A stretch of DNA of 64,000 nucleotides, from positions 32,001-96,000 of the forward strand of contig CAVSLC010000023.1 in NCBI GenBank assembly GCA_963728565.1, given 5' to 3'. The notes under the pieces are model-generated. The model saw nothing but the letters and a program-made list of their open reading frames with translations, ran no database searches and had not been told where the DNA came from. The DNA is from an uncultured delta proteobacterium. GTDB lineage: Bacteria > Desulfobacterota > Binatia > UBA9968. Positions 9,740 to 19,495 of the stretch are shown piece after piece. Position 1 is the first letter of the stretch; each line of letters opens with the position of its first letter. Both the position numbers and the translations under genes were made by a program.

Positions 9740-10293
9740 AAGTAATTTTTCAGGCGTTCTTTAAGCGTCGTCTTGGCGCGCATAACCAGCGATTGCAAAG
9801 CCTTCAACTGGAGCCCCATCACTTGGGCGGCTTCGTGGTTGCTCAGTCCTTCATCGAAGCAGAGATTCAGTGCAATCCGCTGCCGCTCCGGCAGAGCGGC
9901 GATTTCTTTCTCAAGTACTTTGTGTTTTTCCGCCTGTAACATAGCAATATCGGGAGTTTCTCTATCATCCACGAGCGAAAGCTCCCGGTCACCAAGCTCG
10001 ATCGGTCTTTTTCTTTTCTGCCAGTCGAGACATAGATTAACCACGACCCGATAAAACCAAGTCGTGAATTTGTTGTTTCGCTCCGCTTGCCACTTGCCGG
10101 GATCTTCCCACAATTTCACGAAAGCATCCTGTACGACGTCTTCGGCAGCCTCCTTATTCTGCAGATAGCGGTAAGCGAGCCGGTAAAATCGTTCTGTGTG
10201 TCGCTGCACGAGAACAGTGAAAGCCTGTTGGCTGCCATCTTGGATAAGAGTAAGGAGCGCTTCATCGTCTTTCTCGGGCCATGCAACAGGCAT
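9736..10293 (-). CDS. ECF RNA polymerase sigma factor
   Basis: Region 2 (AEDVVQDAFVKLW, FTTWFYRVVVNLCLD) and region 4 (LPERQRIALNL...GLSNHEAA). Confidence 0.93.
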   Translation of the reverse strand: MPVAWPEKDDEALLTLIQDGSQQAFTVLVQRHTERFYRLAYRYLQNKEAAEDVVQDAFVKLWEDPGKWQAERNNKFTTWFYRVVVNLCLDWQKRKRPIELGDRELSLVDDRETPDIAMLQAEKHKVLEKEIAALPERQRIALNLCFDEGLSNHEAAQVMGLQLKALQSLVMRAKTTLKERLKNYL

Positions 10294-10678
10294 AGAGTTA
10301 TGATTTGAGTTGTCTCTCTAAGTTGGGTGAATTGATGGAGCTTCTCAATCATACATCGATCCAACCGAGAGCCAAAGCACCCGATTACTCTACACCTCAA
10401 CCGATGATACGACCGAGGTGCCGAAAGTCTTCGCTGGAAAGTAACCGTTATTACAAGAGTGGTTTAGAAACGGAGAATTCGATTGACGCTCCTCGGAACT
10501 CCGCAGTGTTTCACTGTCCAGGTTCCGGGGGGGTTGCCGCGTTCGCATCGGAATTCACTTTCAACTTCTAAACAACTGTCACTGTTACGGGCTGAACCTT
10601 GACGAACTTGACAGGCGGCAAACGGATGTCTTAGAAGCGGGAGGTAGCAGCGATGATTTTTAATAAGGCTGTAATGTC

Positions 10679-11689
10679 ATGCTTCTTAGAGCTTTCAAGT
10701 TTTGGATCGTTTGTTTTGCTGTTGCGATCAGCGTTTGCGATGCCACATCGTCATTGGCCGCGGAGAAAATAAGAGTCGCTTACGTCAGCCCCAGCGTCAG
10801 CCAGTCTCTGCCTTGGTTCGCAAGAGAATTGGGAATTCTTGCAAAGTATGATCTTACCGCCGAGGTTTTACTCATCACCGGCAGTCCCAGACTGGTTCAA
10901 TCGCTGATCGCCGGTGACGTCGACTTCGTGTTCGCCGGGGTTGCGGCATTGATTAGAGCCAGGGCCAGAGGTGCGGAAGTCGCGATACTGGGCGCGTCTG
11001 CCAATGCTTCGAGTCAAAAGATCATGATCAGCAAGACGTCGAAGATTCGCCGCATCGAAGATTTAAAGGGCGCCGTCATAGGAGTATCGCAATACGGCTC
11101 GGAGGCGGACACCTTCGCGCGGGTCGCGCTCGCGCAAGCGGGGTTAAAACCGGACAAAGATACGACGATCATTCAGCTTGGAGGTCACCCGCAAGTTGCC
11201 GCGTCTCTGGCTGCGGGCAAGCTCGAGGTTGGGGTGCTGGGCGGATTGGCGACATTGACGGCAGAGCGGGCGGGCGCCCGTCTTCTCACCAGTGCTCAAG
11301 AGTTGAACGTGTTGTCGCCGTCCGGCACATTTGCCACGACGAGGGGCTACATTCAAAAAAACAGGAGCGTGGTGGATCGGCTCATGCGCTCTTTTATCGA
11401 AGCGCTGCATTACATCAAAACCAATCGAAACGGAACGATCACTCTGCTGCAGAAATATCTTGGCGGGCTTAACGCCGAAGAAGCCGGTTACCTCTATCAA
11501 GAACAGGTAAGTACCTTAGAAGCTCTCCCCGCGCCCAACGAAAAAGCAATTCAAGCCGTGCTCGACCGCGAAAGCGATCCTAAGATTAGAAGCACGTCGG
11601 TAGCAGATGTAATCGACCCGAGCTTCTTTAAGGACATTGAGAAGAGCGGACTCATCGAACAGTTATACAAAGGTAAAGATAAGCGGTAA
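10679..11689 (+). CDS. ABC substrate-binding protein, NitT/TauT (NMT1/SsuA) family
   Basis: Signal peptide, EDLKGAVIGVSQYGS, C-terminal VIDPSFFKDIEKSG. Confidence 0.85.
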   Translation: MLLRAFKFWIVCFAVAISVCDATSSLAAEKIRVAYVSPSVSQSLPWFARELGILAKYDLTAEVLLITGSPRLVQSLIAGDVDFVFAGVAALIRARARGAEVAILGASANASSQKIMISKTSKIRRIEDLKGAVIGVSQYGSEADTFARVALAQAGLKPDKDTTIIQLGGHPQVAASLAAGKLEVGVLGGLATLTAERAGARLLTSAQELNVLSPSGTFATTRGYIQKNRSVVDRLMRSFIEALHYIKTNRNGTITLLQKYLGGLNAEEAGYLYQEQVSTLEALPAPNEKAIQAVLDRESDPKIRSTSVADVIDPSFFKDIEKSGLIEQLYKGKDKR

Positions 11690-11841
11690 GAGTAAATACC
11701 TGATCGCATGACCATGGTTGGGAAGAGCGGTTCGAGAAATTATGTCGGTATCATCTTAGGAAGACGGACCGACGGCTTACAACAATTCACAGGAAGCAGA
11801 TCGGTTTCGAGAAAAATCTGGAAGAGACAAGGAGACAAATC

Positions 11842-12204
11842 ATGGCACGCATCGCACACATCGCGCTTCTGACAAAAGATACGGAGAAATTGGCGGAATT
11901 CTACAAGACGTCCTTCGGCATGAAAGAAGTCGCACGCAGCGGCGAAGGCGGGGAGCATGGTAGAGCAATCTATGTATCCGACGGCCACATCAATCTGGCC
12001 ATTCTGCCGGCGCGCAATCGGCGCGAGGGCATCTATCATTTCGGTATTGCAGTGGACGATGTGAAGGGCGCGGTCGAAACTGCTCTGGCGGCGGGGGCCA
12101 CAGGCGGCACGGCTGAGCTACCAAAAGACGGGCGGTTCGCTGAGACCTTCGTGCTCGATCCGGTCGGCACCCGGGTCGATCTGTCGCCGGGCTGGAAAGT
12201 ATAG
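11842..12204 (+). CDS. VOC/glyoxalase family protein
   Basis: IAHIAL...FYKTSFG, GIYHFGIAVDD, DPVGTRVDL; GGAG RBS. Confidence 0.88.
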   Translation: MARIAHIALLTKDTEKLAEFYKTSFGMKEVARSGEGGEHGRAIYVSDGHINLAILPARNRREGIYHFGIAVDDVKGAVETALAAGATGGTAELPKDGRFAETFVLDPVGTRVDLSPGWKV

Positions 12205-12646
12205 ACGAGATCAGGTGACATTCAGTACAGGTAGCCTAAGGGCATGGAAAGTCCATGTAGCTAAACTGCTCAATTGCTTCGTTTCAATCGGCGTTAGAAA
12301 CAAACAGCTCTCAGAGTCAGCAGCATAGCCTCTGAATTTCACGTCCGCTGCGTGCCGTAGCCGCGGGTCAGCGCTGCGGTCGTGCATGAACGGTCTTAGC
12401 ATCGGTTTCGCCGATGTTCTACGAAGGCTCTTTCAAGCTTCCGCCGGCCCCCCGGAGGAACTGGTAACCAATTATTTTATTAGTGCGAACCGGATAAAAG
12501 CTCTCTAGTCAAAGGATTAACTCAACTCGACGAGGGCTGACGAAGTGCCCGCCCACGCATGCGCTTCTGGCGCCAATTTGACAAAAAAGTACCCCTTCGT
12601 TACGTAAAGAAGGAATAACCGAACAATCTTATGAGCAGGAGGAATA

Positions 12647-13585
12647 ATGAGCGACTTCTACAGCGCGTGGTTAGAACGGTCCAAGAGCAACCAAAAGAAG
12701 GTTGACGACGCACCGCGGGTAGCCAAATCCAAAGACCTCAAATGGGTGCGCACGCCGCAGGACTATAAGGCTGCCTTGATGATTGCTCCGGAGACCGGCT
12801 TCCCTACCGGCGGCAGCTGTCTCATGCGAGCCGAGATTCCGGTGGGCTGGCATACCGGCAAACACTTTCATGGCGAAGAGGCGATCTACGTCGAGAGCGG
12901 CGAAGGCTTTCTGATTCTGGATGAAAAACGTTACGACTTCTTCCCAGGAACGATCTTGCACATTCCCTACCGTTCACCGCATCAGCTCTTCAATAGCGGA
13001 AACGCGCCCGTCGGCTACCTTTCAGGGCTAGCTTGGCACCTGGAAGCTGACGTTTACATGGGGAAGTTGGAGCAACTCGAAGAATGCGGCGAAAATGATC
13101 CAAAGGTTTTAGCAAACATTCCTCAAGAAGAGTCCCAGTACTGGCCCGAAGACGGCCGGCGTATCTCAATGCACCAACAACAGCACGAGAAATCGGGCGA
13201 GTCGAAACACGGCGCGACTTATTTTTTGATGGGCCGAAGCGGTAAGCAGAACGGATTTCGGGCTACGGGTGTGGCAATCAGCTCGATCTTTGTCGATCTG
13301 CCGCACACCAAGAGTCACAGCCATGCGCATCCGGAAGCCTACCTGTATGCGCTGGAAGGTGACGGCTATTCGGAGATTGGCGGCAAACGTTACGATTGGA
13401 ATCAGGGCGATGCCGTCCATGTGCCTCCGGGCATGTTGCATCATCAACATTTCAACCCCTTCGACAGGGATATGAAAGAGCTCCGCTTCGAGTTCGGTGT
13501 TCGCTATTGGTTCGTCGATCAGTGGAAGAAAGGCTACACCACGGTGGACAAACACTTGAAGGCGACCACTCACATGGATGATTGA
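12647..13585 (+). CDS. Bicupin protein (gentisate-1,2-dioxygenase-like)
   Basis: Two cupin metal motifs, HFHGEE...HQLFN and HAHPEA...HQHFN; AGGAGG RBS; TTGACA-N17-TACGTA upstream. Confidence 0.8.
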   Translation: MSDFYSAWLERSKSNQKKVDDAPRVAKSKDLKWVRTPQDYKAALMIAPETGFPTGGSCLMRAEIPVGWHTGKHFHGEEAIYVESGEGFLILDEKRYDFFPGTILHIPYRSPHQLFNSGNAPVGYLSGLAWHLEADVYMGKLEQLEECGENDPKVLANIPQEESQYWPEDGRRISMHQQQHEKSGESKHGATYFLMGRSGKQNGFRATGVAISSIFVDLPHTKSHSHAHPEAYLYALEGDGYSEIGGKRYDWNQGDAVHVPPGMLHHQHFNPFDRDMKELRFEFGVRYWFVDQWKKGYTTVDKHLKATTHMDD

Positions 13586-13610
13586 GCGGTGATCAGATGA
13601 CAAGGCTTGG

Positions 13611-13643
13611 CGGCGGGTTAACGGTATCGTTGCCCGCCGTTTT
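13611..13643 (+). terminator. Intrinsic terminator after the cupin gene
   Basis: CGGCGGGTTAACG-GTAT-CGTTGCCCGCCG-TTTT. Confidence 0.65.
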
Positions 13644-13769
13644 GCGTTGAGGAGTAGATCAGCACCTTTAGATGGGATGTGCGTTCAGAAGAGAGCATCA
13701 ACAAAGAAACGCTCGCGGAAAGATAAAACTTTCTTGCAACGAATAACCAGATCTTTTATAGAGTAATCA

Positions 13770-14036
13770 ATGACGTTACGGAATCCCAAAAACGGCGCGC
13801 CAAAGATGATGCTGGGCTTCATCGTGCGCCGTTGCGCGGCCGATATCGGACATACGCCGAGTCCCGATGAATTCGCCGCGTGGGCCAACGCGCGTCGCCA
13901 GGACGGACATGAGTATTGCCTGTTTGGCAAACCAATTTCACCCTCCATCGCCAAAGTCATGTTCCAGCAGCCGGGCCGGTTAGTTACCGTCAATGGGGAT
14001 AGCTTTGAGAAACATTGGCGCGGCCCGCGCGGCTAG
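13770..14036 (+). CDS. Hypothetical protein (88 aa)
   Basis: ATG start and protein-like composition in an otherwise empty interval; no family recognised. Confidence 0.6.
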   Translation: MTLRNPKNGAPKMMLGFIVRRCAADIGHTPSPDEFAAWANARRQDGHEYCLFGKPISPSIAKVMFQQPGRLVTVNGDSFEKHWRGPRG

Positions 14037-14313
14037 ATCTCGGACCTGCTGCACTTTTTGCCAGTTTGGGCTGGCGCATTCACTGCACAACTCCCCAGAT
14101 CTAAATCTCTAGGGCACTGGCGGCGTTGGCCGTGAGTTTGACCTGATCAGCGTAGACGCAATCGAAACGATTCGTGGTTCAAGGGTTCACCATGATCGCC
14201 GGCCCTTTGTGATCCGCATCATGGCGCAGCTAATCGCCGGATAGGCAAAGTTGATCGATCCGTAACTGCCCTGTTATCTTCGCCGGCTATGCAGTTGGCG
14301 CTTTTTAACTGGT

Positions 14314-15339
14314 GTGGAGGGATACGCAGTGACTATCAAACAGCTCTTTTTTGTTGCCACCGCCATTGTGACGGTCCTGTCTGCTTTCGCAGACGGCGCT
14401 CAAGGAAAACCTGAAAAGCTCCGGATCGGTTACGCCGCGCGCGCGGTGGCGCATTCGGTTCCTTTTGTCGCGAAAGAGGCGGGATTTTTCTCCGAAGAAG
14501 GCATCGATGCGGAGGTGATCAGAACAGCGGGATCGATCGCGCCGATGGCCCTGGTTGCCAACGAAGTCGATTTCGCGATTATGTCGGCATATTTGATGAT
14601 TCCGGTGGCGGAACGGAACCGCGACGTCGTCATGCTCGGAGGATTTTCGCGCTATGCTTCGATGGTGCTGGTGGCGCGTCCGGAGATCAAGACTGCCCAG
14701 GATCTCAAGGGTAAAATCGTCGGCATCCAGCGTCCGGGCGACGCCTACGAAAAAAGCTTGCGCTTTGGTTTGCGCCATCTGGGTTTGGACGCTGACAAGG
14801 ACGTGACGATGCTGGCTCTCGGCACCAACGATGTTATGTGGGGAGCTCTGCAGACCGGCAGAGTAGCGGCAACCATTCTCTCGCCGCCTGGAACTTTGTT
14901 TGCGCGCAAGGCCGGAATGAATTTTATGGTCGATCTCACCGATCTAAAACTGGAATACCAAGGTTCGACGATTGCGACGCGGCGCTCGCTGGTTCAAAAA
15001 AGTCCGGCGCTGGCAACTCGGGCCCTGCGAGCGATCGTCAAAGGCGTCCATCTGTTTAAGACCCGCAAGGAAGATACTGTGCGCATCCTCAGCAAGTTCC
15101 TCGGCACCAGCGATCGCGAGGCGCTGCAAGAATCCTGGGAATATGCCGCGAAGATGCCGGCCAAGCCCTATGCCGTGGAGAGCGCCGTCCAGGCAGTGCT
15201 CGACCATCTAGCCGAAGGCCAACCGAGGTTCGCGCAGTATCGACCTGCTGATTTCATCGAGGCGCGTGTGCTCAGCGAAATCGACCAAAGCGGCTATATC
15301 GACAAACTCTATAGCGCTCGGGAGAGCAAAGGCCGGTAG
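14314..15339 (+). CDS. ABC substrate-binding protein, NitT/TauT family
   Basis: Signal peptide, AKEAGFFSEEGID, DLKGKIVGI. The true start may be GTG at 14329. Confidence 0.85.
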   Translation: MEGYAVTIKQLFFVATAIVTVLSAFADGAQGKPEKLRIGYAARAVAHSVPFVAKEAGFFSEEGIDAEVIRTAGSIAPMALVANEVDFAIMSAYLMIPVAERNRDVVMLGGFSRYASMVLVARPEIKTAQDLKGKIVGIQRPGDAYEKSLRFGLRHLGLDADKDVTMLALGTNDVMWGALQTGRVAATILSPPGTLFARKAGMNFMVDLTDLKLEYQGSTIATRRSLVQKSPALATRALRAIVKGVHLFKTRKEDTVRILSKFLGTSDREALQESWEYAAKMPAKPYAVESAVQAVLDHLAEGQPRFAQYRPADFIEARVLSEIDQSGYIDKLYSARESKGR

Positions 15340-15371
15340 CAGCGCGCCGACGTAATTGCTAATTTGTATCG

Positions 15372-17411
15372 ATGCTAGGCGACAGGCAACCAGGACAGTT
15401 CCGAATCATTTCGGGGTTCAGTGCGCAGGGGGATCAACCTGACGCCATCGAGAAGCTTTATTCGGGCATTGAGCAGGGGAAAAGGCACCAGGTTTTACTC
15501 GGAGTCACCGGATCGGGGAAAACTTTTACCGTCGCCAATGTCATCGAGAGGGCCAATAAGCCGACTCTGGTGTTAGCGCCGAACAAGACACTTGCCGCCC
15601 AGCTCTACAATGAATTCAAAGAATTATTCCCCGAAAACGCAGTGCGTTATTTCGTCAGCTATTACGACTACTACCAGCCGGAGGCTTATGTGCCTTCGAC
15701 GGATACCTTCATCGAGAAGGACTCCGCCATCAACGACGAGATCGACAAGCTGCGGCACTCGGCGACCAAGGCTTTGCTCGAGCGCCGCGACACCCTGATT
15801 GTTGCCAGTGTTTCATGCATCTATGGTTTGGGTTCGCCGGAGGCCTATTTCGAGTTGATGGTTTACCTCGAAGAAGGCGCCAGAGTAGAGCGCGATCAAA
15901 TGCTGCGCAAGCTCGTCGACATTCAATACCAGCGCAGCGATTTTGATTTTCATCGAGGGACTTTCCGGGTGCGCGGCGACTGTGTTGAAGTATTCCCCGC
16001 GTATGAGGACAAGTCGGCGCTACGCATCGAGTTCTTCGACGATACCGTGGAAGGCATCTATGAAATCGATCCGCTGCGCGGCAAAGTGCAGCGTCGGGTG
16101 GATAAGGCAATGGTGTATCCGGCGAGCCACTATGCGACCACGGAAAGCCGCATGAAACAGGCGACACGAGATATCCGTGTGGAGCTCAGAGAGCGTTTGA
16201 AGGAGTTACGCGATCAAAACAAGTTGCTCGAGGCTCAGCGACTGGAACAGCGCACGTTGTACGATCTCGAACTGCTGGAGGAAATGGGTTTCTGTCCCGG
16301 CATTGAAAATTACTCGCGTCATCTGACCGGACGCAGGCCGGGCGAGCCGCCGCCGACATTGCTCAGCTATTTCCCCGAAGATTTTTTGCTGGTGATTGAC
16401 GAGAGTCACGTGACCGTGCCGCAGGTCGGTGGTATGTATCGCGGCGACCGCTCGCGCAAGGAGACTCTGGTCGAATACGGCTTTCGCCTGCCTTCGGCTT
16501 TGGATAACCGGCCGTTGAATTTCGGCGAGTTTGAAGCCTGTCTGAATCAGGTTATCTATGTCTCGGCTACGCCGTCGAACTTCGAGATGGAAAAGGCCGA
16601 TGGCGTCGTTGTCGAACAGGTGATCCGCCCCACCGGATTGATCGATCCGGAGGTGACCGTCAGACCGGCCCGTAACCAGGTTGACGATCTCCTGGCGGAA
16701 GTCCGCAAACGAGTGGAGCGCAAGGAACGGGTTCTCGTCACGACCTTGACTAAGCGCATGGCTGAGGATTTGACCGACTACTATCAAGATCTCGGCGTTA
16801 AGGTGCGCTATCTCCATTCCGACATTGAAACGATCGAACGTGTGGAGATTATCCGGCAATTGCGAATGGGAGTTTTTGATGTGCTGGTCGGGATAAACCT
16901 TTTGCGCGAAGGACTCGATTTGCCGGAGGTCTCACTGGTCGCCATACTCGATGCCGACAAGGAAGGATTTCTGCGCTCCGAACGTTCGCTCATCCAGACC
17001 ATCGGCAGGGCCGCCCGTAACGTCCATGGCAAAGTCATCCTTTACGCCGATTCTATGACCGATTCGATGAACCGGGCCATCGATGAGACCAACCGGCGGC
17101 GCAGTTTACAGACAACTTTTAATAGCGAAAACGGCATCACTCCGCAGACGATCATAAAGGCCCTCGGTGCGCCGCTGGTGAAAATTTATGAAGCCGATTA
17201 TATCGAAATCCCGCTCGCCGCTGATGGCACCACGCGCTATGCTCCCGCCGATCTCACCCGGAAAATCAAACAACTCAAAAAGGAAATGAAGCAGGCATCC
17301 GGCAAGCTCGAGTTCGAAAGGGCGGCGGAGTTGCGTGACCAAATCCGCGAGCTTGAAGTCCGCGAGCTGCAGCTGCGCGAGGGCGGGCTCTCAGCCGCCC
17401 AGGAGTTTTAG
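15372..17411 (+). CDS. uvrB: Excinuclease ABC subunit B
   Basis: [36 protein letters not shown] and a C-terminal UVR domain. Confidence 0.98.
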   Translation: MLGDRQPGQFRIISGFSAQGDQPDAIEKLYSGIEQGKRHQVLLGVTGSGKTFTVANVIERANKPTLVLAPNKTLAAQLYNEFKELFPENAVRYFVSYYDYYQPEAYVPSTDTFIEKDSAINDEIDKLRHSATKALLERRDTLIVASVSCIYGLGSPEAYFELMVYLEEGARVERDQMLRKLVDIQYQRSDFDFHRGTFRVRGDCVEVFPAYEDKSALRIEFFDDTVEGIYEIDPLRGKVQRRVDKAMVYPASHYATTESRMKQATRDIRVELRERLKELRDQNKLLEAQRLEQRTLYDLELLEEMGFCPGIENYSRHLTGRRPGEPPPTLLSYFPEDFLLVIDESHVTVPQVGGMYRGDRSRKETLVEYGFRLPSALDNRPLNFGEFEACLNQVIYVSATPSNFEMEKADGVVVEQVIRPTGLIDPEVTVRPARNQVDDLLAEVRKRVERKERVLVTTLTKRMAEDLTDYYQDLGVKVRYLHSDIETIERVEIIRQLRMGVFDVLVGINLLREGLDLPEVSLVAILDADKEGFLRSERSLIQTIGRAARNVHGKVILYADSMTDSMNRAIDETNRRRSLQTTFNSENGITPQTIIKALGAPLVKIYEADYIEIPLAADGTTRYAPADLTRKIKQLKKEMKQASGKLEFERAAELRDQIRELEVRELQLREGGLSAAQEF

Positions 17412-17631
17412 CGGCGATCCCGGCGATTTCCAGGCGCGCCAACGATGCCGGGTGCCCGGTCTGCCGGTAACGCCGCGTCGTTCAATCATCCGCACCGGTT
17501 AGATTTTCCGGCGGCATCAACTTCTGCTGCAAAGCAACGCCGGCGATGAAGACGTTGACGGATCGAGCTAAATGACCGGCTTGGGGCGCAGTTGTCGCCC
17601 GGCAGCGGGACCAACTGATATACTGAGATCG

Positions 17632-19485
17632 ATGCTTTCCGTGGATGAAAAAGTGACCAACCTTCCGTCTCGCCCGGGGGTCTATCTGATGCGCGACGCG
17701 GCAGGAAAGGTGATCTATGTCGGCAAAGCCAAGGACTTGCGCGCGCGGGTGAGATCGTACTTCAATCGCAGCGATGGACGTTCACAGATTGAATTCCTGC
17801 TAAGGCGGGTCGGAGATCTCGAAACTCTGGTCACCAGCAATGACAAGGAAGCTCTGATTCTTGAAAACAATCTGATCAAGCAATACAAACCCCGTTACAA
17901 CATTCGTCTCAAGGACGACAAGAGCTATTTGAGCATCAAGGTTACCACCCGGGACGTATGGCCGCGTATTTTCACCACCCGCAAGATCGTCAAGGATGGC
18001 AGCCGCTACTTCGGTCCGTTCTCGTCCGCAGTCGCGGCGCGTGAAACTGTAGACATCATCGAGAAGCATTTTCTTTTGCGTAACTGCACGGATCACAACT
18101 TCAAGAATCGCAGCCGGCCCTGCTTACAGTATGAAATCAAGCGTTGCTTGGCGCCGTGCGTCCTGGCAGTGGATCCAGAGGAGTACCGCGAGCAGGTACG
18201 TCAGGCAAGCTTGTTTATCGAAGGGCGGCAACACGAATTGCTCGCGGAACTCCGGCAGCGCATGGCGGCCAAAGCCGAGGCAATGGAATTTGAATCGGCG
18301 GCTAAGATCCGCGATCAGATCCAGGCGGTCGAGAAAACTCTCGAAAAACAGCGAATGGTTTCTCATTGGGGCGCGGATCAGGATATTTTCGGCCTTTACC
18401 GCGAAGGCGGTTACATCGAGGCTCAGGTGCTGTTCGTGCGCCAAGGGAAACTGACCGGGACGCAAGCTTATGCACTGGAAGATTTGGATTTTTCCGATGA
18501 GGAAATCCTGGGCTCGCTGCTGACGCAGTTCTACCAAGGACAACGCTTCATGCCAGACGAAATCTTGCTGCCCGTGGAATTGGAAGATCGGGATACCCGG
18601 GCCGAGTATCTGAGCGAGCGCAAAGGCAAGAACGTGAGCCTTCATGTGCCGCAGAAGGGCGACAAGCGCAAGCTGGTCGAAATGGCGCAGCAGAATGCCC
18701 GGCAGAGCTTTACTGAACGTCACGATCAGGAGAAAGCCCGTGAGAAGATGCTTCAAGAATTGCAGGCGCAGCTGCGCTTGAAGCGCTACCCGCATCGGAT
18801 CGAGTGCTTTGACATCTCGATGATTCACGGCGCAAATGCGGTCGGCTCTCAGGTTACGTTCATCGGCGGCGAACCCGACAAGGCGCACTACCGTCATTAT
18901 CGAATTCGCACCATCGACGCTTCCGGCGGTGGCGATGATTTCGGGATGATGTTGGAAGTTCTGAAACGCCGCTTTACACGCGGCAAGCGAGAGGAAGAGA
19001 TGCCCAACCTGGTGGTGGTCGACGGCGGCAAAGGTCAATTGGCAATGGCGTTGGCGGCCATGCGTGAAGTCGGAGTCGAAGGAGTCGACGTGGTCGGTCT
19101 GGCTAAAATGCGCGTGCAATCTGCGCCACGCAGCGCCGAGATCGAGCGATCGGAGGAGCGCGTGTTCCTGCCGGGACAGAGTAATCCGGTGACGTTGAGA
19201 CGTAATTCCAATGCCTTGTTTCTCTTGCAGCGGGTGCGCGATGAGGCGCACCGTTTCGCAATTACGCACCACAAGAAACTCCGTTCCAAGCAAACTCTCT
19301 CCTCAGCCTTGGACGGTATTCCCGGGATCGGGGCGACGCGCCGGCGCGCCTTGCTGCGCGCGTTCGGCAGCGTCAAGGGGGTTGAACAGGCGAGCCTGGA
19401 TGAGTTAATGCAGGTTCCAGGCATGAACCCAAAGCTCGCCCACCAACTCTGGCAACTATTTCACCCGGCTCCGCCTCTGCAGTAA
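17632..19485 (+). CDS. uvrC: Excinuclease ABC subunit C
   Basis: GIY-YIG domain (PGVYLM...YVGKAK), RIECFDIS, VDGGKGQ, RDEAHRFA and HhH. Confidence 0.97.
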   Translation: MLSVDEKVTNLPSRPGVYLMRDAAGKVIYVGKAKDLRARVRSYFNRSDGRSQIEFLLRRVGDLETLVTSNDKEALILENNLIKQYKPRYNIRLKDDKSYLSIKVTTRDVWPRIFTTRKIVKDGSRYFGPFSSAVAARETVDIIEKHFLLRNCTDHNFKNRSRPCLQYEIKRCLAPCVLAVDPEEYREQVRQASLFIEGRQHELLAELRQRMAAKAEAMEFESAAKIRDQIQAVEKTLEKQRMVSHWGADQDIFGLYREGGYIEAQVLFVRQGKLTGTQAYALEDLDFSDEEILGSLLTQFYQGQRFMPDEILLPVELEDRDTRAEYLSERKGKNVSLHVPQKGDKRKLVEMAQQNARQSFTERHDQEKAREKMLQELQAQLRLKRYPHRIECFDISMIHGANAVGSQVTFIGGEPDKAHYRHYRIRTIDASGGGDDFGMMLEVLKRRFTRGKREEEMPNLVVVDGGKGQLAMALAAMREVGVEGVDVVGLAKMRVQSAPRSAEIERSEERVFLPGQSNPVTLRRNSNALFLLQRVRDEAHRFAITHHKKLRSKQTLSSALDGIPGIGATRRRALLRAFGSVKGVEQASLDELMQVPGMNPKLAHQLWQLFHPAPPLQ

Positions 19486-19495
19486 AAGCGGGTTC

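Noticed and set aside
18124-19293. 389-aa minus-strand ORF (and similar long ORFs at 45143-46102, 59911-61083 and 62759-63634)
   Set aside because: Antisense shadows of uvrC, coxL and the cytochrome genes, as expected from GC-rich codon bias.
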